Source: Candidatus Spyradocola sp.
Lineage (GTDB): Bacteria > Bacillota > Clostridia > Christensenellales > UBA1750
NCBI GenBank assembly: GCA_050942925.1
Contig: JBMNOF010000001.1
Location: 69,712 to 133,711, forward strand
Direction: 5' to 3'
Length of the DNA stretch: 64,000 nt
The notes below the pieces were generated by a model, which worked only from the letters and a program-made list of their open reading frames with translations, made no database searches and had not been told where the DNA came from. The position numbers were made by a program, and so were the translations under genes. Below are positions 36,601-44,145 of the stretch, one piece after another. The first letter of the stretch is position 1. Each line of letters opens with the position of its first letter.

Positions 36601-37700
36601 TCGGCCAGCACGCGGTCGGGGGGCGATCCGGCCAAGAGCGCGCGGCGATAGAGCTCCTGCCGGAGGGCGCGCGCCTCCTCCCCCTCGCGGCGGGAGGGGC
36701 CTGCAAACAGCAGCGCCCGGTCGACAAAGGCGGCCGGGTCGGGGATGTTTTCCCAATTCTCCAGGACATAGCGCAGGGCTTCGCCGTACTTCTGCGCCTC
36801 TGCGCTGGCGCGATAGGCCTCCAGGTACAGCCCATCCTGTGTGCACAGCCGGATGTAGCGCAGGCGCGCGACCTCGCTGCCGCCCTTTGCGACCGTCTGC
36901 AGCAGGCGGCGCGCAGCGTCGTGGTTGGCGGGCAAGCCCTCGGCACCGGCCTCGTAGAGCCCGGCCAACTGCAGCTCCGCGCGCGGCTCGGCCATGGCCT
37001 GCTGCTTCTCCAGGTCCATTGCGCGGCGGAGCAAGCGCTCGGCGGCGCGGCCGTCGGGCTTTGTGCCCTTGCCCTTTTCGTACATGCGCGCGAGAGTGAG
37101 GCACGCGCTGATCCCCAGCTGCTCGCCCTCGCGGTCCTTCTTGAGCAGCTCGCGGTAGAGGTTGTCCCGCATTTCCGGCTCCACGCCCAAGGTTTCCAGC
37201 CGCTCCGCGGTCTCGTAGAGCATGGCGCTGTCGCCGGAGAGGGCCGCGTACTTTGCCGCCTTTTCGATGTCCACGCCCCCGATTTCGCCGGTCAGGTAGA
37301 GGCGGGCGGCGCGGGCGGCGGCCGCCTTATCGCCGGCGTCCGCGGACTCCGTCAGCAGCTGCAGGCCCCGCGCGGCGCGGTCCTCGCTCTCCAGGTACAG
37401 GCGGGTGAGCTGCGTGCGCGCGGTGGTGCTCCCCAGGGCGAGGGCCTGCTCGTAATAGACCATGGCCTGCTTTTTGTCCTGGGGGATGTCCCCCTCGCCG
37501 TAGAGGTAGGCGCTGCCGAGCCGCTCGCAGGCCTGCAGATGGCGCTTCTTGGCGGCGTTTTTCAGGTGCTCCATCCCCTCCATCGCGCGGCCCCTCTGCC
37601 CGAGCAAACGCTGCCCCAGCAGATACTCGGCCTCCGTATCGCCCTCCAGGGCGCAGAGGCGCAGTTCCTCCAAACTCATGCGGGAATAGGACGAAGGCAT
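33654..37700 (-). CDS. Giant bitopic membrane protein: cytoplasmic Sel1/TPR-like repeats + three internal ~120-aa repeats + TM helix + extracellular beta-sandwich (NPCBM/lectin-like) tail
   Basis: 1348 aa. The N-terminal ~300 aa carry Sel1-like units (..GSAYLYGEGDIPQDKKQAMVYYEQALALG.., ..LARMYEKGKGTKPDGRAAERLLRRA.., ..LAGLYEAGAEGLPANHDAARRLL..). A P/E/A/Q pentapeptide linker and a duplicated ARKPFVLPGR follow. Then three repeats share the ..P(A)xxLYxxAPxxEYDAxCxxVxRxL....FRAELRExLRAxW.. signature. RRRRKRRF precedes the TM helix IVAVVLLVLLLGAAAAMGL (~34200-34275). The C-terminal 178 aa are ..QYDLGGAYEALRLTVSADQDW..FRLTVFVDDKEAY..IEIDLRGAQSLTLVLEE... AAGGAGG RBS 9 nt before ATG 37700. Confidence 0.7.
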   Translation of the reverse strand: MPSSYSRMSLEELRLCALEGDTEAEYLLGQRLLGQRGRAMEGMEHLKNAAKKRHLQACERLGSAYLYGEGDIPQDKKQAMVYYEQALALGSTTARTQLTRLYLESEDRAARGLQLLTESADAGDKAAAARAARLYLTGEIGGVDIEKAAKYAALSGDSAMLYETAERLETLGVEPEMRDNLYRELLKKDREGEQLGISACLTLARMYEKGKGTKPDGRAAERLLRRAMDLEKQQAMAEPRAELQLAGLYEAGAEGLPANHDAARRLLQTVAKGGSEVARLRYIRLCTQDGLYLEAYRASAEAQKYGEALRYVLENWENIPDPAAFVDRALLFAGPSRREGEEARALRQELYRRALLAGSPPDRVLADALRRGDAAGALAFFQELNDADKSAVYENRELCASLPEGGGAEADKLRALLAAPPEEFRRYAVDLARLRACTDPAERWSLRQSLLPTLPPARSGEARPLSALRQALLAVPEPPKPAPPPQPAQPEPAEPELAQPRPAQPEPAEPEPAQPKPAQPGPESPAEAAQKPTAGARKPFVLPGRRETAPKQAEPAARKPFVLPGRTQPAEAHTRRKVAVDALPDGQEIRARVEALRGMEAGPEREAGLAELDERWKALTALFAMEDPADAAAVRRARRFAWEVLEPASALYEGRRAPAFDAVCGEVLRVLEGPNPEGEGWTALRARWDSREHDSPVALHLAVDTLHSLPPETPQDDPQLAQFRAELREALRAGWQRELARLQDEGTSRKDRQKQASALKKELLLPAQDLYAAAPCPEYAAVCAAADRLLQAAPAAGGADIAALRAQREKLRRDPVKAMRFAIDALRKLPEKTPGEEADLSAFRAELREELRARWEMFLPYFDPASSKSERNPKVLRERARFFAREFLGPAQSLYENAPCAEYDALCAAVERVLPEEKPAPPQAEEAPDWEEKAQALSEIGASPDALRELAGAWAELPQEAAGEAEPLARYRAALVQAMRGALLELCQGLDRCAPQDRKRYAETALRRLELPDSDRLPVAQEWEEARSLLRGAAQAEARGSRQKSDRPARAAAPGWKERLDAFNALNREEEKRAFAQGPMGDLPAEAEDEDVNLTILRLLLEPYRQDLFSERPSAAEEAPPAPEPEEETPPPRRRRKRRFGPAKIVAVVLLVLLLGAAAAMGLPYLAKEIGIPVQPVATSSPDEAQGSDEGALAQTLMDLTPTQEPAHYYLHRWTNPTHSGDFQLLDGDQVRTCDGIGWFVPSSAIGEAVGAQGSAQAQYDLGGAYEALRLTVSADQDWNDGAESGSFRLTVFVDDKEAYTTGWGDYTSSFSGIEIDLRGAQSLTLVLEEARGSAGTLNIVMGDLTLA
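36141..36245 (-). repeat. 15-bp tandem repeat (x7, imperfect) encoding a PAQPE/PAEPE pentapeptide linker in the giant Sel1 protein
   Basis: Units CGGCTGTGCGGGCTT / CGGCTGTGCGGGTTC / CGGCTCTGCCGGCTC / ... are directly visible. A 31-bp block (36167-36197) recurs exactly at 36212-36242. Confidence 0.85.
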
Positions 37701-37754
37701 AGGCGCGGCCCTCCTTACGGCATAGCGCGGGAAACGGGGTTCTTGGCAACGTTT

Positions 37755-38738
37755 TTAGAGGTTACAGGCGATGAGGCGGCCTTTTCTCTCCACCGTGAGC
37801 AGATGCTTGCTCTCTCTGGCCTCGTTCTGCACGGTCTCCCCGGCTTCGCGGGCGACGGCCAGGCGCTGCAGGACGAAGTGCGGCGCGGCATTTTCGGGGT
37901 CGCTGCGGCGCTCGATTTCGTACCAGTCCGCAAGGGCCGGCGCGTCCAGGCTGATGCGGTAGGGCACGACGAACTTGCCCACCTTCATCACGGACGCAAT
38001 GCCCGGGTTGATGCGGCTATACGCACAGAATTCGGCGTAGTCGGCGTCCTGCAGCTTTCGCTGCGGGCGCACGTAGTGCAGCAGCTCCATGCGGCCGAGC
38101 TCCGCCTGGGGAAAGGCGCGCTGCATGGCGCGGTCCGGGCTCTCCGCGCCGTTGAGCACGCGGTTCATGGCGGCAAGGAGGTCGTCCTCCTCGGACCGGG
38201 GCGCGCCCGCTCGGGGCGCAAAGGCCGCGGCGTTACGCACGGGCGCCGCCCTCTGGGGGGAAGCGGCGTTGGGAATCGAGGGATTGACGGGAGCGGGACG
38301 GTGCGCGCTCTCGGGCGAATAGGCGGGCTGCGGCGGCACGGTGGGCACGACGGCGCTTCTCTTGGGCACCGCTCGCTCCACGGCGGCGAGCGCGGCGTCC
38401 AGCGCATCCACATCGCGCTCCAAGTCGAGGATGCGGCGCTGCATATCCGCACCGGAATCGTCCTTTTTGCGGGAGAGGGCGGCTTCGAGCTCGCGCAGGC
38501 GGCGCTGGAGCTCCGCGTTCTCGCGCGCATGCTCCTGGTCCGCGCGCCGCAGGGCGAGGAACAGCACCACGGCCGCTAGCAGCGCCAGGACCGCGATCAG
38601 CAGCGCGAGGATTCCCAGGGCGGAAGAGGTTGCGGGGGCGGTGGTTGCCGTCTCGCTCTCGCCGGTGGCCAAGGCGGCGGGCACCCACAGCATGGCGCCG
38701 AGGAAGATCCCGCCAAACAGGGTCCGTTTGGTTCTCAT
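37755..38738 (-). CDS. Bitopic membrane protein with cytoplasmic coiled coil, Pro-rich linker and unknown C-terminal domain
   Basis: 327 aa. N-terminal hydrophobic segment (LFGGIFLGAMLWVPAALA), a short S/T-rich stretch, then a TM helix (ALGILALLIAVLALLAAVVLFLAL). Next is a heptad-like ..ENAELQRRLRELEAALSRKKDD..RRILDLERDVDALDAALAAVE.. and a P-rich linker. ATGA overlap with the upstream giant ATPase gene. Confidence 0.6.
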   Translation of the reverse strand: MRTKRTLFGGIFLGAMLWVPAALATGESETATTAPATSSALGILALLIAVLALLAAVVLFLALRRADQEHARENAELQRRLRELEAALSRKKDDSGADMQRRILDLERDVDALDAALAAVERAVPKRSAVVPTVPPQPAYSPESAHRPAPVNPSIPNAASPQRAAPVRNAAAFAPRAGAPRSEEDDLLAAMNRVLNGAESPDRAMQRAFPQAELGRMELLHYVRPQRKLQDADYAEFCAYSRINPGIASVMKVGKFVVPYRISLDAPALADWYEIERRSDPENAAPHFVLQRLAVAREAGETVQNEARESKHLLTVERKGRLIACNL

Positions 38739-41700
38739 GCCCGTCCACCTTCTCTCCAGTACCAGATGGAGAACACGCGCTTGAAGCACTCGGAGAGCGC
38801 GGTCTCGTCCGTGACGCTTGCGTCAAAGGCGTTGAGCTTGCCGATGATGGTCATGGGATCGGTGCAGTTGCCGTTCTCATCCACAAAGGGAGTGAGCCAC
38901 GGCGCGTGGGTGAGGTAGGCGTAGAGGGAAAGGAACTCGAGCACGCGCTCCTGGCGGGTGGGCACGTCCACGGCCTTTGGGGGTGCGGCGGGCGCGGCCG
39001 GGGCTTGGCCCGGGGCGGCCATGGCAAAGGGATTGCTCCGCGCGCCCATGCCGTCGCTGGCCACGCCGAAGGGATTGGCGGCAGAGCGGGCGCCGGGGGC
39101 GTTGACCGCGCCGCGCGCAAGGGAATCCTCGAGCTTGTGCACGCCCATGGCGACCTCGGTCTTGGGGTTCAGGCACATCTGCACGGCGTCCGGCGCGGTG
39201 CGCGTGCCGTAGACCGCGTCAAAGACCTGGCGCACGAGGGTCTGGTCCTCCGGGGTGAGCCACTGGAAGAGCCGGCCGCCGTTTCCGGCGAAGAACAGGC
39301 GCATGAGACCGCCGGCGTTGAGCGCGCGGCCCGTCTCCTGCGAGAAGCGGCGCGCGTTCTCCGCAATGAGGTAGATGACGGAGGCAAAGTTAAAGCGGAT
39401 GGACTCGTAGACGGAGGGGCAAGCGGCGCCGCCCGCGCGGAGCTGGCTCATCATGTCCTCGGAGTGGTTCGCGCACAGCAGGTCCACAATCAGCGAGAAG
39501 GCCTCGGGCATGGCGTCTGCGGAGCCGGATTGGCGCGCGGCCATGTCCCGCAGCATGTGGACGCGGGAAAGGTCCTTCTGCGCGATGGACTTGAGGTTTT
39601 CGTCCTGGGAGGCGACGTGGATGCCGGCCGCCCGCGTCAGGAACTCCTGCTCCGGGCAGGTCTCCTCCCCGTGCTGGCAGCTGAGCAGCAAGCCCTTATA
39701 GATGGGCTCGGTGAGGATATTGCGCCCGCCGATGATGACGGAGAACTCCTTCTGGGGGCGATGGATGTCGTCCAGCCAGAGCGACACATCCGTCGATCCG
39801 CCGCCGACGTCCGCGCAGAGGAAGCCATCGGACAGCGCCGTGACGCCCGCCGCGATGAAGAATGCGCCTGCGGCCTGGCTCTCGGTGAACAGCTCCACGC
39901 TCCCCAGGTCAATGCCGGTCGTCGCGGCGACCCACTTGGCGCTGTCCGCCACGCAGGTGCGGAAGCCCTGCACGTCAAAGGACGCGGTATTGGGGAAGGT
40001 AAAGCGCCAGTTGATCTTGGTGCCCTGGTTGATGGCGGCGATCAGCGCGTACTGCAGCATGACCTGCCGCAAGAACAGGCGCAGGGCGGCCTTGTGCGTG
40101 GGGGTGAGGCCCTCGCCGTCGCCCCACTTCAGGCCCGTCACGATCGCATCCCGCTCCCCAAAGTCGCGCGTAGAGTGGCAGATGTGCCCGTCCAGGAGCA
40201 CCTGCGTGCGCTCGACGTCCTCGGCGCTGAGCTGGCCAAAGGCATTGCCGTCAAAGACCTCCAGGGCTGTGGAGATGCCGCTGGTCTTGAGCTGCGCGTC
40301 GCAGACGAACTCGCGCAGCATATTCGTTTCGGTTTCGGTGTCGCGCAGGATGTGCTTATGCAGGTGCAGCGCGTCCTCGAGCTGGACCGTGCGGTAATTG
40401 CCGTCGATCTCCATGGCGCCGATGGTATTGGAGGTACCAAAGTCCAGGCCGATCTGCACGGTCTTGGGCAGGACCACGGAGGGGCCTTCAAACCGGCCGT
40501 CGTCGGCAAAGAAGCAGCCCACGCCGCACGGGCCGGCTGGCAGCTGCACGCGGAAGGCCACGATCTTGGGGAAGAAGGGCGACTGGACGATCTGCCAGGT
40601 ATTTTCGCTCACGCCGCCGCTTGAGGCGACCTGCTGGCGGATGCGGAAGGCCTTGCGCGTATCGCCCTCGCCCACGGCGACCATTTCCAGGGGGTTCCGG
40701 CCGCCGGAGCCATTGCTCTGCTTGAAGTAGGTGTAGTAGCACTTCCACTTGGGCAAGCGCACGTTGGGCCAAATGACCAAATCGGAAAGGGCCACGTCCT
40801 CCGAGACGATGACGCGCGTTTCCGGCATGGACTTGCGGATGATGTAGCGCCGCGCGGCAAAGCCCGGCGCGTGGGACTCGACCGTGATGTCCACCACGAT
40901 GTCCCCGTAGTCGCGCGCGGTCATGCGCAGGTCCTGAATCGTGAGCTCCCCGCGCAGCTCCAGCTGCATGAGGGCCTCGCCCACCGGCGGCACGGCATGG
41001 TCCACGACCTCACCGCCCTCGTTGTAGATGGCGGAGAAGTTGACGTTCTTCATGATGTCGCGGTTGACGTTGTCCGTGAGGTTGAAATCCGAGAGCACCG
41101 AGCGGCTGAACTTATAGATGCCCAGGGCCACCAGGTCCTCGCTGCGCGCAAAGGGCAGGGCGTTGACGGGGTTGACCACGTGCGCAAACGGCGCGGGCAG
41201 GGGGAACTCCACGGGCGGCGGGGCGTCCAAATCCACGAGCGTATCCGGCAGGGCCAGGTTGCTCACGGCGGGCATGCGCGCGCGCTCGACAAGGTTCAGG
41301 CACTCGACGTCCAGGGTGCTGACCTGGGTGAGGAAGCCAAGCATCTTGTTGATCATGTCGCAGTTATAGGAGAACTGCGGCCGCGCGGGGTCGAGCTGAT
41401 AGTCGACGCTCATGTTGAGGCTCACGAGCGCGGGATCGGACACGCCGCCCAACGGGACCCAGAAGAACTCCGGGGAAAGGTAGGCAATGCTTCGTCCGTT
41501 GTAGAAGAGGTACACGCCCCCGGGGCTCTGGCGGCGGATGTTCTCCGGCAGTCCGGCCACGGCCATGGTCAGGTTCAGCAGCCGCACGCTGCGCCGCGCG
41601 CTCTCCAAGGTATTGGCGGGGTCGCCCATCTGCACGCTGATGCCGAGATCGGCATAGTACGTGCCCAGGAAATAGCCGCGCGTGACCAACAGCCAGAGGT

Positions 41701-42475
41701 TTCGCGCCTCCTCCGAGGCGCGCATGGCGTGCAGGGCGCTCGTCTCCTCGGCGCGCAGGTCGCGCAGGAAGTCCTCCGCCAGGCGCGCGACGAGCTTCTG
41801 TCCAAAGACGGGCGAGTTGGGCGTCTGCGTCATGGTCAGCACGCCGGAGAGGCGGCTGACCAGCTCGTCCCGTTGCAGGACGGGGAGCCGGACGTCGCAG
41901 GGATCGCGGAAGGTGCCGGTGGGGTAGTGGAACCAGGGGATGTTCCGGGCGCCCTTGGCGTCCGCCCGCACGGCCGCGGGAAAGACCAGGAGCTTCCGGG
42001 AGAAGATCAGGCGCGGGGCGCCGTCGAAGTAGCCGACCTGCATGCCGGCCGGGGCAAAATCGCCGTGCGCGGCATCTGCCGGGAGGAAGAAGTCCTCTCC
42101 GGCCGGGGCATAGTCGTGGCCAATGGCGGAAAAGTCCGACCGGGCGCGGCCGGGGCGATCCTCTGCCGTGAGCGCGAGCGTGTTGACCTCAAAGGGGTAT
42201 TCGTCCTGCAGGAGGGCCAAGGCCGTCATGCCGCGCCACTGGCGCACGGCGTCCTCCATGCCCATCTCCAGCGCGGCCTGAAAGGAGAAGTAATTGGAGT
42301 AGATCTCCGGGAAAGAGGAGGAGACCAGCTCGTCGCCCGCCTTCATGCGCTTGGCGATTTTTTCGCACAGGTTAAAGGGCGCATTTCCGTCGGAACCGAC
42401 GCGCTCCCAGCCCTTGCGGCTGAGCGTCGGCAGGGCTTCGCCCGCGTTGAGCTCCACGATCATGGATTCCAGCAT
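38735..42475 (-). CDS. Giant (1246 aa) protein with actin/Hsp70-fold (ASKHA) ATPase core, ~660-aa unknown N-terminal region and NPF-motif/Pro-rich C-terminal tail
   Basis: Phosphate-1 motif VQIGLDFGTSNTIGAM (~40424-40452). Phosphate-2 motif FLCADVGGGSTDVSLW (~39782-39820). Adenosine-type motif LFFAGNGGRLFQWL (~39266-39295). They are in the canonical order and spacing for Hsp70/actin-like ATPases. AAGGGGGAAGAG RBS before ATG 42475. Confidence 0.7.
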   Translation of the reverse strand: MLESMIVELNAGEALPTLSRKGWERVGSDGNAPFNLCEKIAKRMKAGDELVSSSFPEIYSNYFSFQAALEMGMEDAVRQWRGMTALALLQDEYPFEVNTLALTAEDRPGRARSDFSAIGHDYAPAGEDFFLPADAAHGDFAPAGMQVGYFDGAPRLIFSRKLLVFPAAVRADAKGARNIPWFHYPTGTFRDPCDVRLPVLQRDELVSRLSGVLTMTQTPNSPVFGQKLVARLAEDFLRDLRAEETSALHAMRASEEARNLWLLVTRGYFLGTYYADLGISVQMGDPANTLESARRSVRLLNLTMAVAGLPENIRRQSPGGVYLFYNGRSIAYLSPEFFWVPLGGVSDPALVSLNMSVDYQLDPARPQFSYNCDMINKMLGFLTQVSTLDVECLNLVERARMPAVSNLALPDTLVDLDAPPPVEFPLPAPFAHVVNPVNALPFARSEDLVALGIYKFSRSVLSDFNLTDNVNRDIMKNVNFSAIYNEGGEVVDHAVPPVGEALMQLELRGELTIQDLRMTARDYGDIVVDITVESHAPGFAARRYIIRKSMPETRVIVSEDVALSDLVIWPNVRLPKWKCYYTYFKQSNGSGGRNPLEMVAVGEGDTRKAFRIRQQVASSGGVSENTWQIVQSPFFPKIVAFRVQLPAGPCGVGCFFADDGRFEGPSVVLPKTVQIGLDFGTSNTIGAMEIDGNYRTVQLEDALHLHKHILRDTETETNMLREFVCDAQLKTSGISTALEVFDGNAFGQLSAEDVERTQVLLDGHICHSTRDFGERDAIVTGLKWGDGEGLTPTHKAALRLFLRQVMLQYALIAAINQGTKINWRFTFPNTASFDVQGFRTCVADSAKWVAATTGIDLGSVELFTESQAAGAFFIAAGVTALSDGFLCADVGGGSTDVSLWLDDIHRPQKEFSVIIGGRNILTEPIYKGLLLSCQHGEETCPEQEFLTRAAGIHVASQDENLKSIAQKDLSRVHMLRDMAARQSGSADAMPEAFSLIVDLLCANHSEDMMSQLRAGGAACPSVYESIRFNFASVIYLIAENARRFSQETGRALNAGGLMRLFFAGNGGRLFQWLTPEDQTLVRQVFDAVYGTRTAPDAVQMCLNPKTEVAMGVHKLEDSLARGAVNAPGARSAANPFGVASDGMGARSNPFAMAAPGQAPAAPAAPPKAVDVPTRQERVLEFLSLYAYLTHAPWLTPFVDENGNCTDPMTIIGKLNAFDASVTDETALSECFKRVFSIWYWREGGRA

Positions 42476-42491
42476 GTCTCTTCCCCCTTTC

Positions 42492-44129
42492 TCACTGCAC
42501 GCTGCAGGCGTAGAGCAGGCTGGACAGGAACGTCTCAAAGCAGGTTGCCCCGCTGACGCTGTCCGAGGTCTGCGCTACGACGCTTCGGTTGATCGCTTCA
42601 AACGTATACTCGCCGGCAAGGCCGCAGACGAGGGACTTGACGTCCTCCTGGGAGGCGTCGCCGCCCAGGGGCTTCTGCGCGTCATACCGGCCGTCCGGCA
42701 TTTCCATGTAATACTTGTAGAGCAGGGCCAGCAGGGCGCCGTCCACCAACTCGTTGCTGGGCACGTCGATGCGCCAGCCGCCTGCGCCGCCCACGGCATA
42801 GCCCTCCCCGGGATTGGACCGAACGTACGGCGGCGGGAGCGTGACGATCATCTCCGTCAGCCACCGCACGAACTCCGTAAAATACCGGCCCGCCGTGCGG
42901 AAGCGCAGCACGGCCTCCTCGCGCTCCTCGTCTGCGCGGACCTTGCGGAAATAGCGCCGGGTGACGGCATCCTGCGTGCGGAAGAGGCTCTGCTTGCCCG
43001 TCAGGTCCTTGACCATGGGGTAGCCGTAGGACGTGGCCAGGACGTACGCCGCGCGCAGCAGGCGCGCAAACCCGCCGCGCATGCCCATGTCCGGGAAGGA
43101 GTCCCAGGTCAGGAACGTCTTTCCCTCGGCATTGGGCGCGGTGAGGTCCAGGTTAAAGAGGTAGTGCCCGTCCTGCTCCTGGGGAACATAGCCGCCCGGA
43201 TTCGTCGTCAGGAAGTGCGACACCGCCTGCGCGCCGAGCCAATCCACCAGGTGGGCGGCATTGTTCTGCTCCTGCCCGCCGGTGCAATAGTCGTAGACGA
43301 CCTTGTCCTGCGAACCGACCATGTAGATGGCGTTGAAGACCTTGTTCTCCCCATAGCCCACGCCCTCGCGCGCGTAATACTCCAGCGCGGCCTTGGCCTT
43401 GGGCTCAAACTGCGAGGACTCGATCACGCCGTCGCCCTTTGTCGTGGCAAAGTAGGGCAAGAGCAGCATGGCGCCAATGATGGCGCCGCCGCCCACGGAC
43501 CTGCGGGCGTCCGGGTTCGGGTTCTCGTCGGTGAGGTTGCGGATGTAGCGGGCAATGGAGGGGATGGCCGAGGCGCCCGTGCCGCCGAAGATGGAGCCGG
43601 CCAGCAGAATCCTGGGCTGTCCGCCCTTGACCAGCTCCCGCCGGATCTCCTCGATGACCTCGGAAAAACTGTGCTCTGGCGGGAGCGTGGGCAGCTCGGA
43701 GGCAAAGAAGTGCGCGCCCACGTTCGGGTGCCCGTAAAAGCCCTTCTTGTAGCTCATCTCCAGCTCATAGTCCGTGTAGAGGGCGCGGGCGATCTCCCGG
43801 TCGTTGCCCATGCCGGTCGAGCGCAGGATGCCGCCCATGGCCTGCTCCTCCACGGCGGTCAGGCGATAGAGCGCAAAGTCCGCCGAAAAGCCGATGTCCG
43901 TCTCCTCCTCGGCGTCGGCCTGCGCGGAGGAGACGCATGCGCGCATGTCCTGGTAGAGCGTCGTCAGGCTCTCGGCGCGCTTGAGGTTGCCGCCGGTCTG
44001 GTCCAGGTCCACGATCACGGCGTGGATGGCCGCGCCCGGGTGGCGCAGCACGCCGGCCGCGGCCGCGTGCAGGGTGGCCTCCAGCATCTTGGAGCCGGAG
44101 CCGCCCACGAAAAACACATAGCTGCCCAA
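42492..44129 (-). CDS. Tubulin/FtsZ-like GTPase-domain protein (divergent; 'Tubulin_2'-like by inference)
   Basis: 545 aa from a TTG start at 44129, with GAGGAGGAAG 6 nt upstream. T1-like YVFFVGGSGSKMLEA (~44088-44116). T3-like KGFYGHPNVGAHFF (~43717-43745; compare FtsZ GAGANPEVG). T4 signature-like LLAGSIFGGTGASAIPSIARYI (~43569-43600; compare GGGTGSG/GGGTGTG). Confidence 0.65.
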   Translation of the reverse strand: MGSYVFFVGGSGSKMLEATLHAAAAGVLRHPGAAIHAVIVDLDQTGGNLKRAESLTTLYQDMRACVSSAQADAEEETDIGFSADFALYRLTAVEEQAMGGILRSTGMGNDREIARALYTDYELEMSYKKGFYGHPNVGAHFFASELPTLPPEHSFSEVIEEIRRELVKGGQPRILLAGSIFGGTGASAIPSIARYIRNLTDENPNPDARRSVGGGAIIGAMLLLPYFATTKGDGVIESSQFEPKAKAALEYYAREGVGYGENKVFNAIYMVGSQDKVVYDYCTGGQEQNNAAHLVDWLGAQAVSHFLTTNPGGYVPQEQDGHYLFNLDLTAPNAEGKTFLTWDSFPDMGMRGGFARLLRAAYVLATSYGYPMVKDLTGKQSLFRTQDAVTRRYFRKVRADEEREEAVLRFRTAGRYFTEFVRWLTEMIVTLPPPYVRSNPGEGYAVGGAGGWRIDVPSNELVDGALLALLYKYYMEMPDGRYDAQKPLGGDASQEDVKSLVCGLAGEYTFEAINRSVVAQTSDSVSGATCFETFLSSLLYACSVQ

Positions 44130-44145
44130 GGGTTGCTTCCTCCTC

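Noticed and set aside
44088-44116. Reading VGGSGSKM of the tubulin-like protein as a P-loop (Walker A) NTPase motif.
   Set aside because: Walker A requires GxxxxGK[ST], and here the residue before Lys is Ser, not Gly. Together with the downstream GHPNVG and FGGTGAS motifs, the pattern fits tubulin/FtsZ T1/T3/T4 loops better.
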